Assembly: GCA_963662275.1 (NCBI GenBank)
Contig: OY759316.1
Location: 512,001-576,000 of the forward strand
From: Candidatus Cloacimonadales bacterium
GTDB lineage: Bacteria > Cloacimonadota > Cloacimonadia > Cloacimonadales > DAONDQ01
Length of the DNA: 64,000 nucleotides
Reading direction: 5' to 3'
Shown here piece after piece: positions 1-8,479 of the stretch. Under the pieces are notes generated by a model. That model searched no databases and had not been told where the DNA came from. It was given only the letters and a program-made list of their open reading frames with translations. The position numbers were made by a program, and so were the translations under genes. Position 1 is the first letter of the stretch. Each line of letters starts with the position of its first letter.

Positions 1-1746
1 TTCTGTCATGCTGGTTTTTTCTATCGTCCGGTGCGGGAAAGAACACCTGAACAAATCATAGAGCATATCCTGGAAGAAGTGAAAGAAGCTGGATGGGAAG
101 AAGCTGCCCTGGTTTCCCTTTCTTCCAGTGACTATACTTGTATCAGACCACTCCTTTTAGCATTGCATAATCGATTAAAGGACAATAAAGCTACAATCTC
201 ATTACCTTCTTTACGTGTTGATTCCTTGGATAACGAACTGGTGCAGTTGATCAATGCCGTAGGCAAAGGCGGGCTGACTGTAGCTCCGGAAGCGGGTTCT
301 CAACGGCTGCGTGACAGTATCAATAAAAACATTACAGAAGAGGAAATCCTACACGGAGTTCATATCGCATTAGAGAATGGCTGGCAACTTATGAAGCTGT
401 ATTTCATGGTTGGATTGCCTGGGGAGGAAGACAGTGATATTGAAGCTATCATTGATTTGGTTGAGGATATTATCGCTGTTTCCAGGAAGAAGCTTCAAAT
501 CAATGTTTCCTTATCTCCATTTGTACCTAAACCATTTACACCATTCCAATGGGCTGGTATGCTGAGTCCTGAAATGCTCTTGAAGCGAGTGTTGAATGTG
601 AAACATGCCCTGTCCCGTTATCGCTTTGTTAAGGTCAAATATCATGAGATTGAATCTTCCATGATGGAAGCTATCCTCTGCAGAGGAGATGCTGATACTG
701 GTATGTGGATGCTGGAAGCATACAAGCTTGGCGCTAAATTTGATGGCTGGCATGAATACTTTGATTTCGCATATTATGAACAAGCTGGGATCAATCTCAA
801 TTACGATTGGCATAAAATACTCCAACCAATACCGACTGACCAAAAACTACCTTGGGACAATATTCATATCGGTGTGACTAATGAGTATCTTTTACGGGAA
901 TGGGAAAAGTCACAATCCGGCATCAAAACAGGTGATTGCAAAGAAACAGCATGCCTCGACTGCGGTGTCTGTGATTCCCATATTCACATGCATCTTGCCC
1001 GTGAAGAGCAGGATGCCAATCCTGCTGCTCCTGTAGTTCCTGTGGTGCTTCCTTCAGTAATCGAACCTACTTCAGTAAGCAAATCCATCCCCACACCCGG
1101 CGGTACTCCTCCCAGCCCTACAACTACCCAATACCGTGTCTTCTACAGCAAAATGGGCGATCTTCGTTTCATTTCTCATCTCGATTTAATGCGCATGATT
1201 TTCCGTCTTGTCCGCAGACATCATCTGCCTGTCGTCTATACCCAGGGATACAATCCGCATCCGAAGATCAGTCTCGGTCCACCATTACCTCTTGGCACTG
1301 AAGGAGAAATGGAATTCTTTGACATCACTTTTGCTTATGAAATCCCTCATGATGAACTAGCAACATTATTCCAAAAGAACTTCGAGGGAGCTATAGAATT
1401 TCGTGAAGTACAGAAAATGGAAGATTCAGATAAAATAAATTGGGAAGCTGATGGCATAGAGATGCTGGAAATCACGCCTTCATCAGATATGCATGATACT
1501 TTCAATGAGAAAACCAGATTATTTAATGAATCCGGATCTTTCCCCATTACCAGGATAAAGAAGGAAAAGGAAACTACTTCGGAACTGAAAGAGATCATCC
1601 TTGAGATGCATTGGAAGAATGGAGTCCTGCATCTGAAAAAGAAACTCAAGGGTGCTGGAGTCTATGATGTTTTGAAGCAAGTCTTTGGTTTAGAACGTTC
1701 CGAAACTTTCGGGATGCGAATTTGTAGAAAGTGTTTCAGTATTTGA
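1..1746 (+). CDS. B12-binding-type radical SAM protein (TIGR03960-like) fused to C-terminal DUF2344/TIGR03936-like domain; 5' end outside window
   Basis: Frame is open from base 1 (FCHAGFFYRPVRER, tail of the CxxxCxxC motif). Motifs SLPSLRVD, APEAGSQRLR, KLYFMVGLP and FVPKPFTPFQW, then a Pro-rich linker and a DUF2344-type segment (LRFISHLDLMR...YTQGYNPHPKISLGPPLPLG). Confidence 0.85.
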   Translation, partial: FCHAGFFYRPVRERTPEQIIEHILEEVKEAGWEEAALVSLSSSDYTCIRPLLLALHNRLKDNKATISLPSLRVDSLDNELVQLINAVGKGGLTVAPEAGSQRLRDSINKNITEEEILHGVHIALENGWQLMKLYFMVGLPGEEDSDIEAIIDLVEDIIAVSRKKLQINVSLSPFVPKPFTPFQWAGMLSPEMLLKRVLNVKHALSRYRFVKVKYHEIESSMMEAILCRGDADTGMWMLEAYKLGAKFDGWHEYFDFAYYEQAGINLNYDWHKILQPIPTDQKLPWDNIHIGVTNEYLLREWEKSQSGIKTGDCKETACLDCGVCDSHIHMHLAREEQDANPAAPVVPVVLPSVIEPTSVSKSIPTPGGTPPSPTTTQYRVFYSKMGDLRFISHLDLMRMIFRLVRRHHLPVVYTQGYNPHPKISLGPPLPLGTEGEMEFFDITFAYEIPHDELATLFQKNFEGAIEFREVQKMEDSDKINWEADGIEMLEITPSSDMHDTFNEKTRLFNESGSFPITRIKKEKETTSELKEIILEMHWKNGVLHLKKKLKGAGVYDVLKQVFGLERSETFGMRICRKCFSI

Positions 1747-1770
1747 CGTTGAGTCCAACTCAGATTGTGG

Positions 1771-1832
1771 AATATGATTCCGATCTTACTGTATTGTAGT
1801 TTCTGTTGTGGAGTAAGATTCCGATCTTACTG
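1771..1832. repeat. Two copies of small hairpin (AGTAAGAT-TCCG-ATCTTACT), one degenerate
   Basis: GATTCCGATCTTACTG occurs twice. The second copy is a perfect 8-bp inverted repeat. A related sequence lies at about 18635-18651. Confidence 0.6.
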
Positions 1833-1902
1833 AAAATAATAAAAGAAATACCTCGTGAAAATTTCAAAACCCAAGCATTTTAAATTGAGAATCATTACGA
1901 AT

Positions 1903-2255
1903 TCCATTTTCTCTTCAGTCTATCACGTTTTGGTTAATTTCATAGCTGTTTCTGGAGCGCCATCTATCTGATGGTGCTACGTGCTCTTTTAGAGGACGTA
2001 TTCTCTTCATCGGCATTTCGACACTTCGACACAGCTCAGTGGAACCTTCGCACAATGACCGAATGCGATGCTGAACGTTGCAACGAATTTATTCTTTTGC
2101 TGATTAATGGTTATTGAGCGAAGTCGAAATACATCAAATCAGCCCATTTAAATGGGTAAAAATCTAACAGTAGGGGCTGACGTCCCGGCAGCCTTATATC
2201 ACGCCCGGAGGTCGCGAACTACGGCAGTTGATCCAACGACTGAAGTTGTTGCTAC
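1903..2255. repeat. Mosaic array of REP-like hairpins (GTAG families plus CTTCGAC..AGCTCAG-type)
   Basis: Contains revcomp GTAGCACCATCAGATAGATGGCGC (1957-1980), CGTGCTCTTTTAGAGGACG, GTAGGGGCTGACGTCCC...GCGAACTAC (2170-2222) and revcomp GTAGCAACAACTTCAGTCGTTGG. Near-identical blocks recur at 4753-4972, 18502-18970 and 20707-21027. Confidence 0.8.
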
Positions 2256-2288
2256 CGAATCACCGTTATCTTCTGTTTCTGCTGTGCT
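2252..2288 (-). pseudogene. Remnant 3' end (AQQKQKITVIR-stop) of a third FG-GAP/CTD gene copy
   Basis: Reverse complement AGCACAGCAGAAACAGAAGATAACGGTGATTCGGTAG matches the gene ends at 3006-3042 and 20679-20715. Confidence 0.7.
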
Positions 2289-2391
2289 CTCCACCTCACT
2301 TCGCAGTGACGCAGTTACATTCAGCTATAAGGCTTGACGATGCCTTAGAATGGGACTTGCACTCTCTGATTTCTGTCTATCGCTATCGCAC
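2285..2391 (-). mobile_element. Group II intron 5' remnant (start of domain I), no IEP
   Basis: Minus strand starts GTGCGATAGCGATAGACAGAAA, has GAGTGCAAGTCCC, and then AGCTGAATGTAACTGCGTCACTGCGAAGTGAGGTGGAGAGCA. This resembles, from memory, the 5' end of bacterial group II introns (GUGYG start). It is truncated after about 107 nt. Confidence 0.6.
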
Positions 2392-2393
2392 TT

Positions 2394-2471
2394 GCTCCGC
2401 ATTTACGCGGTTGGTTTTTGTAGCTCCGCATTTACGCGGTTGGTCTTCGTAGCTCCGCATTTACGCGGTTG
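2394..2471 (+). repeat. Three tandem GTAG-REP hairpins, 29-bp period
   Basis: GCTCCGCATTTACGCGGTTG at 2394, 2423 and 2452. In copies 2 and 3 the first G completes a GTAG. Stem CCGC/GCGG. Confidence 0.85.
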
Positions 2472-2610
2472 TAGAGCTGGATGCCGATCAAACTGTCTGC
2501 TATACAATCCGTAGGACGTAACCCCATTTCGAAATTCGACATCCGAAATTCGTTATATAGATCTCCGCTCTTCAACCAAAATCATTCCCCTTTATATATA
2601 CCTGGTCAAA

Positions 2611-2720
2611 ACCAAGTTCAAACAAATACTAATCCTGTTTCATTTCAATTTCCCGAAACAGGATTGAAACAGGTATGAAACAGGATTGAAACAGGTATGA
2701 AACAGGATTGAACTTGGTAT
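2611..2720. repeat. 11-bp unit tandem/inverted repeat (GAAACAGGATT/GAAACAGGTAT)
   Basis: Five alternating 11-mers at 2655-2709 plus GAACTTGGTAT. Inverted copies AATCCTGTTTC (2631-2641) and ACCAAGTTC (2611-2619). Confidence 0.85.
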
Positions 2721-2753
2721 AATATACGTGGAATCATAGTGGATTGTGCAGGC

Positions 2754-2907
2754 GCAACGCCTTTTTTCAAAAGGTGGATAGGTCGTATCTAGTACGATAC
2801 AAGCTGATGTAACTCCATTATGTTATTGCATTAAGAAAGACTGGATTTGTTTGGTATTATGCATCATTTAAAAAATGACCTATCCACCTCACAAGATGAG
2901 GCGTTGC
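2754..2907. repeat. Inverted doublet of 31-bp hairpin (GCAACGCCT-n-AGGTGGATAGGTC), REPIN-like
   Basis: 2754-2784 on + and 2877-2907 on - share their flanks but differ in the loop; spacer is 92 bp. Confidence 0.6.
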
Positions 2908-3005
2908 TGTGCCGTTGCACCTGTAGTGATTACTTCAGGAATCGTGTCAGCATGGTTTACCTTGCTTTTCGGAACGCTGTTTTCAAACGGCTTGCAATTT
3001 GGCAG

Positions 3006-4652
3006 CTACCGAATCACCGTAATTTTCTGTTTCTGCTGTGCTTCACCGCTGGTGAATACACACACATAAATCCCTGATGAAAGATCATTTAAATTGTAAG
3101 TCGCAGAACCGGATTTTGCTTGTTCTGCGTTCATAGAAAACGACTTGACTTTCTGTCCCCGGATATTATAGATTTCGAATGTAGAAGCTCCCCCCTTGGG
3201 AAGGGGGGTAGGGGGGTCAACAGTGAATCTGACGTTAAGTTCAGAATTCCAAGACTGCAGCGGGTTTGGATACAACTGCAGTTTGGAGATAGCAGGTGTA
3301 TTTGTATTATCCGATATGGGGGTTGGGTCATCCAGTTGCGTGTTTCCGGCATAGACAAATATACGACCAGGTGTAGGAAAACCAGCATAATCAAACGGTG
3401 CCGAAATAGCAGCATCGCAGCAGCCGTCTCCATTGTAATCGCCCATGGTCAGGCAGAAACCATACATGTCGGTTTCCACATCAAGATATGGTGGTGTCAA
3501 ATGCAGATCAGGACCTCCGTTCATAGGAATGCCTCCTATCCACAGGTAGGCGTCTCCATAACCGCTAAACTGGGTAACACTGGTGCCCATCAGATCATCT
3601 GTGCCATTACCATTCACATCGCCATGACCAAAGCCCTCACCGGCCGGATCGCCGCTGTACGGAGGAGCTATATTTACAAAGTCCGTTCCGTTAAAACCAG
3701 GACCTCCAAATATTAGTTTAGCATCTGAACCGGAGAAGGCACTCACGAAATCAGAATAACCATCGCCATTTACATCACCAGCGGGATATGTGAACGGATT
3801 TCTTAAGTTCGAACCATCACAGATAACTAAACTATCCTGAAAAACTCCAGATATGGAACCAAAATAAATGATATCTTTGCGATAAGTAGTATTACTTACA
3901 AAATACGTATAACAAAGACTGAAATCATCAATACCATCTGCATTCACATCTCCTACACCGCATATACTTGACCAGTCCCATGAAGAACCGGCTTCCATGA
4001 AAACAGTATTCATCATGTTTCCGCCATAAATAATACCAAAAGAGTTTGGAGCCTGATAATAATCTTTATCCAATATATATCCAAGATCTGCGAAACCATC
4101 GTGATTGATATCCCCCAAACCACGAACGTAATAAAAGGTATTATCCCATTCCTCCCTCGGGAAAGTAAGCACATAATCGGGGACAGTATCGGGATTCGCA
4201 CCGCCGTAAAAGACGCAGAGCTGCAAGTCATAGTACTGATCTATATTCTCTTCATACATCGTCGCCCGAAACAATGCCAGGTCATCTATCCCATCACCAT
4301 TCATATCGCCCGCATTGCACATGGAATATGAAAGTCCATATTCTATCTCATGGTGACCGGTGATTTCCATTTCAGGCACATTATCAAAATTGGGACCGCC
4401 AAAATAAAAGTATAGTTTACCATATGGATATGGTGGATAAGAAGGTGTATAACCTCTGGGATCCCAATTAGGTGATGCAATAACTAAATCATCGTTGCCA
4501 TCTCCATTCCAATCAAGAGTTGTCATGATTAATCCCATTCCGAAGAAATCATCTTCCCCTGTCATAGTGGTCATGATATCCATGTGGTTCAAGGCAGGGA
4601 GAATGCTGGTGAAAAGAAGAACAGCAAAAACAACTAAAATACCTTTATACAT
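3006..4652 (-). CDS. Secreted FG-GAP (integrin alpha-like beta-propeller) repeat protein with C-terminal T9SS-type sorting domain
   Basis: Signal peptide, seven DxNGDGxDD-type Ca-binding repeats, and C-terminal YPNP...FEIYNIRGQKVK...LSSGIYVC. RBS AAGGAG. Confidence 0.85.
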   Translation of the reverse strand: MYKGILVVFAVLLFTSILPALNHMDIMTTMTGEDDFFGMGLIMTTLDWNGDGNDDLVIASPNWDPRGYTPSYPPYPYGKLYFYFGGPNFDNVPEMEITGHHEIEYGLSYSMCNAGDMNGDGIDDLALFRATMYEENIDQYYDLQLCVFYGGANPDTVPDYVLTFPREEWDNTFYYVRGLGDINHDGFADLGYILDKDYYQAPNSFGIIYGGNMMNTVFMEAGSSWDWSSICGVGDVNADGIDDFSLCYTYFVSNTTYRKDIIYFGSISGVFQDSLVICDGSNLRNPFTYPAGDVNGDGYSDFVSAFSGSDAKLIFGGPGFNGTDFVNIAPPYSGDPAGEGFGHGDVNGNGTDDLMGTSVTQFSGYGDAYLWIGGIPMNGGPDLHLTPPYLDVETDMYGFCLTMGDYNGDGCCDAAISAPFDYAGFPTPGRIFVYAGNTQLDDPTPISDNTNTPAISKLQLYPNPLQSWNSELNVRFTVDPPTPLPKGGASTFEIYNIRGQKVKSFSMNAEQAKSGSATYNLNDLSSGIYVCVFTSGEAQQKQKITVIR

Positions 4653-4752
4653 TGGTACTCCTTATTTCTACAACCCACAGAATATAAAATATAATATTCA
4701 CACGTAATTTTCATTCCATAGCAAGTTTTATCCAGTATCTTGCCGGATATTA

Positions 4753-4972
4753 TCCATTTTCTCTTTCATCTATCACGTTTCTGTTAATTGCATAGCTGTT
4801 TCTGGGTCGCCATCTATTTGATGGTGCTACGTGCTCTTTTAGAGGACGTATTCTCTTCATTGGCATTTCGATGGGGAAAATCTAACAGTAGTGGCTGACG
4901 TCCCGGCAGCCTTATATCACGCCCGGAGGTCGCGAACTACAGCAGTTGATCCAACGACTGAAGTGGTTGCTG
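4753..4972. repeat. Mosaic REP-like array upstream of FG-GAP copy 1
   Basis: Near-identical to 1903-2021 plus 2151-2255, and to the reverse complement of 18820-18970. Confidence 0.8.
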
Positions 4973-5177
4973 CTTAAATACGGTTATTTTTTGATTCTGC
5001 ATTCTATCTGTTCCCTGTCCTCTTCTAAAAATTAGATGAACTAATCCTTGACATCTGCTATTATCCTTTTAAATAATAACTCGTTAGCATTGTGTTCATA
5101 GAAAGTAGAGATTCCACATAAAATTTATAAAGTATATATTTATCAATAAAATAGAGTTTAAACTAACGAGGGGAGAG

Positions 5178-7262
5178 ATGTTTCATTATATTAAGAAACG
5201 CAATCAGCAATTAGAGAAATTTGATAAGGAAAAAATCGTCCAAGCCATGGCTAAAGCTGGAGAAGCGTCAGGTGAATTCGGAAGAGATACTGCCGAGAAA
5301 CTGACTCTTCGTGTCTTGAATCTAGCCCAGCAGGCAATAGACAAAGAACTGCCGGATGTGGAAGAGATCCAGGATATTGTGGAGGACGTTCTTCTTGCTT
5401 CTCCTTATCTGAAAACTGCTAAAGCTTATATCATTTATCGTGATCAACATGCCAAGATGCGTGAAGTTGTTTCTTCAGCGAATGTCAATATGATCGATCA
5501 GTATCTGCAGAAACTGGATTGGCAGGTGAACGAAAACAGCAATATGGCGTATTCTCTCCAAGGACTGAATAACTATATCGCCTCAGAAGTCTCAAAAGTC
5601 TATTGGCTGAACAAAGTCTATCCACCGCAAGTACGGCAATCACACTTGGAAGGAGCACTTCATATTCATGACCTGGGGCAAATATCAGTTTATTGTGTAG
5701 GCTGGGATTTGTATGACCTGCTGATGACAGGTTTCAAAGGTGCCTCAGCAAAAGTTGAGAGTGGTCCGGCAAGACATTTCCGAAGTGCTTTAGGGCAAAT
5801 TGTAAATTTCTTCTACACGCTCCAGGGTGAAGCTGCGGGTGCACAGGCATTTTCTCATTTTGATACACTGCTGGCTCCTTTCATCAGGCAGGATAATTTA
5901 AAATATACCGATGTGAAACAAGCAATGCAGGAATTTATCTTTAATATTAATGTACCTACAAGAGTTGGGTTCCAGACACCTTTCACCAATATTACTCTCG
6001 ATCTGAATCCACCCTCTATCTATGCTAACCAGCCAGTTGTGCTTGGAGGTGAGATATTGGAAACAACATATGCCGATTACCAGGTGGAAATGGATATGAT
6101 CAATCGGGCTTTCCTGGAAGTGATGATCGAAGGTGACAATAAAGGAAGAGTCTTCACTTTCCCCATTCCGACCTATAATATTACGAAAGATTTTGATTGG
6201 GATAATCCCGATCTTGAATATCTTTGGGATGTAACAGCTAAATATGGAATCCCTTATTTTTCCAATTTTGTGAATTCAGACCTCAGCCCGGAAGATTCAC
6301 GTTCCATGTGCTGTCGTTTGAGATTGGATACACGGAAATTACAGGCAAGGGGAGGAGGTCTTTTTGGTGCCAATCCACTCACAGGTTCAATAGGGGTAGT
6401 GACAATCAATCTTCCGCGTTTGGGATATCTTTCTTCAACGGAAGAAGAATTCTATACAAATTTGGAAAAGATCGTAAATATAGCAAAGAGCAGTTTGGAG
6501 ATCAAACGTAAGATCCTCGAACTCTGGACAGGCAACGGACTTTATCCCTATACGAAATTCTATCTGAAACAAGTGTATTCACATAATCATCAATACTGGT
6601 GCAATCACTTTTCCACGATTGGGATCATTGGTATGAATGAAGCATGTTTAAACTTGGTTGGACAGGATATCGGTACAGAGAAAGGCAGGATATTTGCCCT
6701 GAAGACAATGGATTTTCTCCGTGCTCTCTTACTCAAATTCCAGGAGGAAACCGGTAATAATTATAACCTGGAAGCAACTCCCGCAGAAGGAACAAGTTAT
6801 CGTCTTGCCAAGATAGATCGGGATAAGTATCCGGAAATACGTGTGGCTAATCGCGACGGAAGCAGTGATTCACCATTTTATACGAATTCCACCCAGCTTC
6901 CTGTTGATTATACAGATGATGTGTTTGAAATGCTGGATAAGCAGGATGAGCTTCAATCACGCTATACAGGCGGAACAGTGCTTCATTTATTTGCCGGTGA
7001 AAGAATAACAAACCCGGAAACTGTAAAAAAACTTGTACAAAAAATCTGTCATAATTATCGTTTACCATATTTTACGATAACACCGACATTCAGTATATGC
7101 CAAAATCACGGGTATATCACAGGTGAACACGAGAGATGTCCGATCTGTGATACAGAATGTGAAGTATATTCACGTATTGTTGGTTATTTAAGACCCGTTT
7201 CCCAGTGGAATGAAGGAAAAAGGGAAGAGTTCAAACAACGTAAGAATTTTGCTATTTCATAG
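5178..7262 (+). CDS. nrdD: Anaerobic (class III) ribonucleoside-triphosphate reductase with N-terminal ATP cone
   Basis: ATP cone (IKKRNQQLEKFDKEKI), HIHDL, YCVG, SMCCRL, NLEATPAEG, Zn site CQNHG...CPIC and glycyl-radical motif YSRIVGYLRP. Confidence 0.95.
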   Translation: MFHYIKKRNQQLEKFDKEKIVQAMAKAGEASGEFGRDTAEKLTLRVLNLAQQAIDKELPDVEEIQDIVEDVLLASPYLKTAKAYIIYRDQHAKMREVVSSANVNMIDQYLQKLDWQVNENSNMAYSLQGLNNYIASEVSKVYWLNKVYPPQVRQSHLEGALHIHDLGQISVYCVGWDLYDLLMTGFKGASAKVESGPARHFRSALGQIVNFFYTLQGEAAGAQAFSHFDTLLAPFIRQDNLKYTDVKQAMQEFIFNINVPTRVGFQTPFTNITLDLNPPSIYANQPVVLGGEILETTYADYQVEMDMINRAFLEVMIEGDNKGRVFTFPIPTYNITKDFDWDNPDLEYLWDVTAKYGIPYFSNFVNSDLSPEDSRSMCCRLRLDTRKLQARGGGLFGANPLTGSIGVVTINLPRLGYLSSTEEEFYTNLEKIVNIAKSSLEIKRKILELWTGNGLYPYTKFYLKQVYSHNHQYWCNHFSTIGIIGMNEACLNLVGQDIGTEKGRIFALKTMDFLRALLLKFQEETGNNYNLEATPAEGTSYRLAKIDRDKYPEIRVANRDGSSDSPFYTNSTQLPVDYTDDVFEMLDKQDELQSRYTGGTVLHLFAGERITNPETVKKLVQKICHNYRLPYFTITPTFSICQNHGYITGEHERCPICDTECEVYSRIVGYLRPVSQWNEGKREEFKQRKNFAIS

Positions 7263-7270
7263 GATGGAAG

Positions 7271-7960
7271 ATGAAAATAGGCGGATTTCGTAAGTTCTCG
7301 ATGATCGATTACCCCAATCATTTGAGTGCTGTTATTTTCACACAGGGATGCAATTTTCGCTGTCCTTATTGCCATAATCCAGAACTCGTTGACCCGGCAC
7401 GTATGAAATCAGTGTTGGATACAGAAAAAATACTTTCTTTTCTTAAAATGAGAAGATTGAAACTGGATGCAGTCTGTATCACAGGGGGAGAGCCAACGAT
7501 TCAATCAGATATTGTGGAGTTTTGCCAGAGTATCAAGGATATGGGCTATCTAATCAAATTAGATACAAATGGCTCTTATCCGGATGTGCTTGAAAAGTTA
7601 TGCGCAAGCAAGTTAATTGATTTTGTGGCGATGGATATTAAAGCGCCACTGGACCGCTATGAATGGGTAACACAAGTACCCATTGATCCAAAAGTAATTG
7701 AGCAAAGTATTCAGATTTTGAGAAAATATAAGAAAGAACGAGAATTTCGGACGACTGTTGTTCATCCTCTATTAGGTCTGGCAGATATTGAGAAAATCAT
7801 GAGTATGTTTATTCGAGGTGAAACATATTGTCTGCAAAGATATGCCGGGAAGCAGACCTTGGATGCTAATCCAAAACAGTATTCTCCTTTTTCTTTTATG
7901 CTGATGCATACTGTTTCACAGAAAGCAGTACCTCAGGGAGTGAATTTGATATTGAGGTAA
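7271..7960 (+). CDS. nrdG: Anaerobic RNR activating radical SAM enzyme
   Basis: GCNFRCPYCHNP, TGGEPT and KLDTNG motifs; directly downstream of nrdD. Confidence 0.92.
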   Translation: MKIGGFRKFSMIDYPNHLSAVIFTQGCNFRCPYCHNPELVDPARMKSVLDTEKILSFLKMRRLKLDAVCITGGEPTIQSDIVEFCQSIKDMGYLIKLDTNGSYPDVLEKLCASKLIDFVAMDIKAPLDRYEWVTQVPIDPKVIEQSIQILRKYKKEREFRTTVVHPLLGLADIEKIMSMFIRGETYCLQRYAGKQTLDANPKQYSPFSFMLMHTVSQKAVPQGVNLILR

Positions 7961-7979
7961 AGCTCCAACACAAGGACTT

Positions 7980-8001
7980 ACCCGCTGAAGTGGGGTGCTA
8001 C
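7980..8001 (-). repeat. GTAG-REP (ACTTCAG-loop family) overlapping the ispF stop codon
   Basis: Minus strand reads AA-GTAG-CACCCC-ACTTCAG-CGGGT; the TAG is the ispF stop. Confidence 0.6.
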
Positions 8002-8471
8002 TTCTCAAGCAGAACAACTGCGTGTGCTGTCATTCCTTCTTTAGTACCTGTTATTCCCATACCTTCTTCTGTTTTTGCCTTAATGGAAATATTGGCAATA
8101 TCCGTAAGTAAATCAACTGCAAGGAAACTGCGCATGGAATCAATATACGGTCTAAGTTTTGGTTCCTGGGCACAGATAGTGGAATCAAGATTCCCCACTT
8201 GATATCCTTTGGAAAGAACTAAAGCTATTGTTTCACGTAGCAACATACGGCTATCGCATCCCAGGTACTTCGGATCTGTATCCGGAAAAGCTTTTCCAAT
8301 ATCACCTTCACCGATAGCTCCAAGCAAAGCATCAATAATGGCATGGATTAGAACATCTGCATCTGAATGACCATCCAGACCTTTTTCGTAAGGAACAGCA
8401 ACACCACCAAGGATAAGAGGTCTTCCCTCTATAAGGCGATGTGCATCATATCCAAAACCAATCCGGAACAT
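7998..8471 (-). CDS. ispF: 2-C-methyl-D-erythritol 2,4-cyclodiphosphate synthase
   Basis: RIGFGYDAH, GHSDADVLIHA, GDIG..FPDTD and IKAKTEE motifs. Confidence 0.96.
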   Translation of the reverse strand: MFRIGFGYDAHRLIEGRPLILGGVAVPYEKGLDGHSDADVLIHAIIDALLGAIGEGDIGKAFPDTDPKYLGCDSRMLLRETIALVLSKGYQVGNLDSTICAQEPKLRPYIDSMRSFLAVDLLTDIANISIKAKTEEGMGITGTKEGMTAHAVVLLEK

Positions 8472-8479
8472 AGTAACCT

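Noticed and set aside
2394..2471. Three direct repeats as a mini-CRISPR array
   Set aside because: Period is 29 bp with only about 5-9 nt between repeats, there are no unique spacers or cas genes, and it fits GTAG-REP hairpins.
2152..3077. Short ORFs in the repeat regions (also 20965-21162)
   Set aside because: They are translations of REP, intron and 11-mer repeat DNA with no coding signature.
4720..4735. Sigma-54 promoter upstream of the FG-GAP genes (TGGATAAAACTTGCT; also near 18988)
   Set aside because: GG-to-GC spacing is 9 nt rather than the required 10.
5100..5170. NrdR boxes upstream of nrdD
   Set aside because: AT-rich sequence with no convincing match to the ACACWATATATWGTGT-type consensus.
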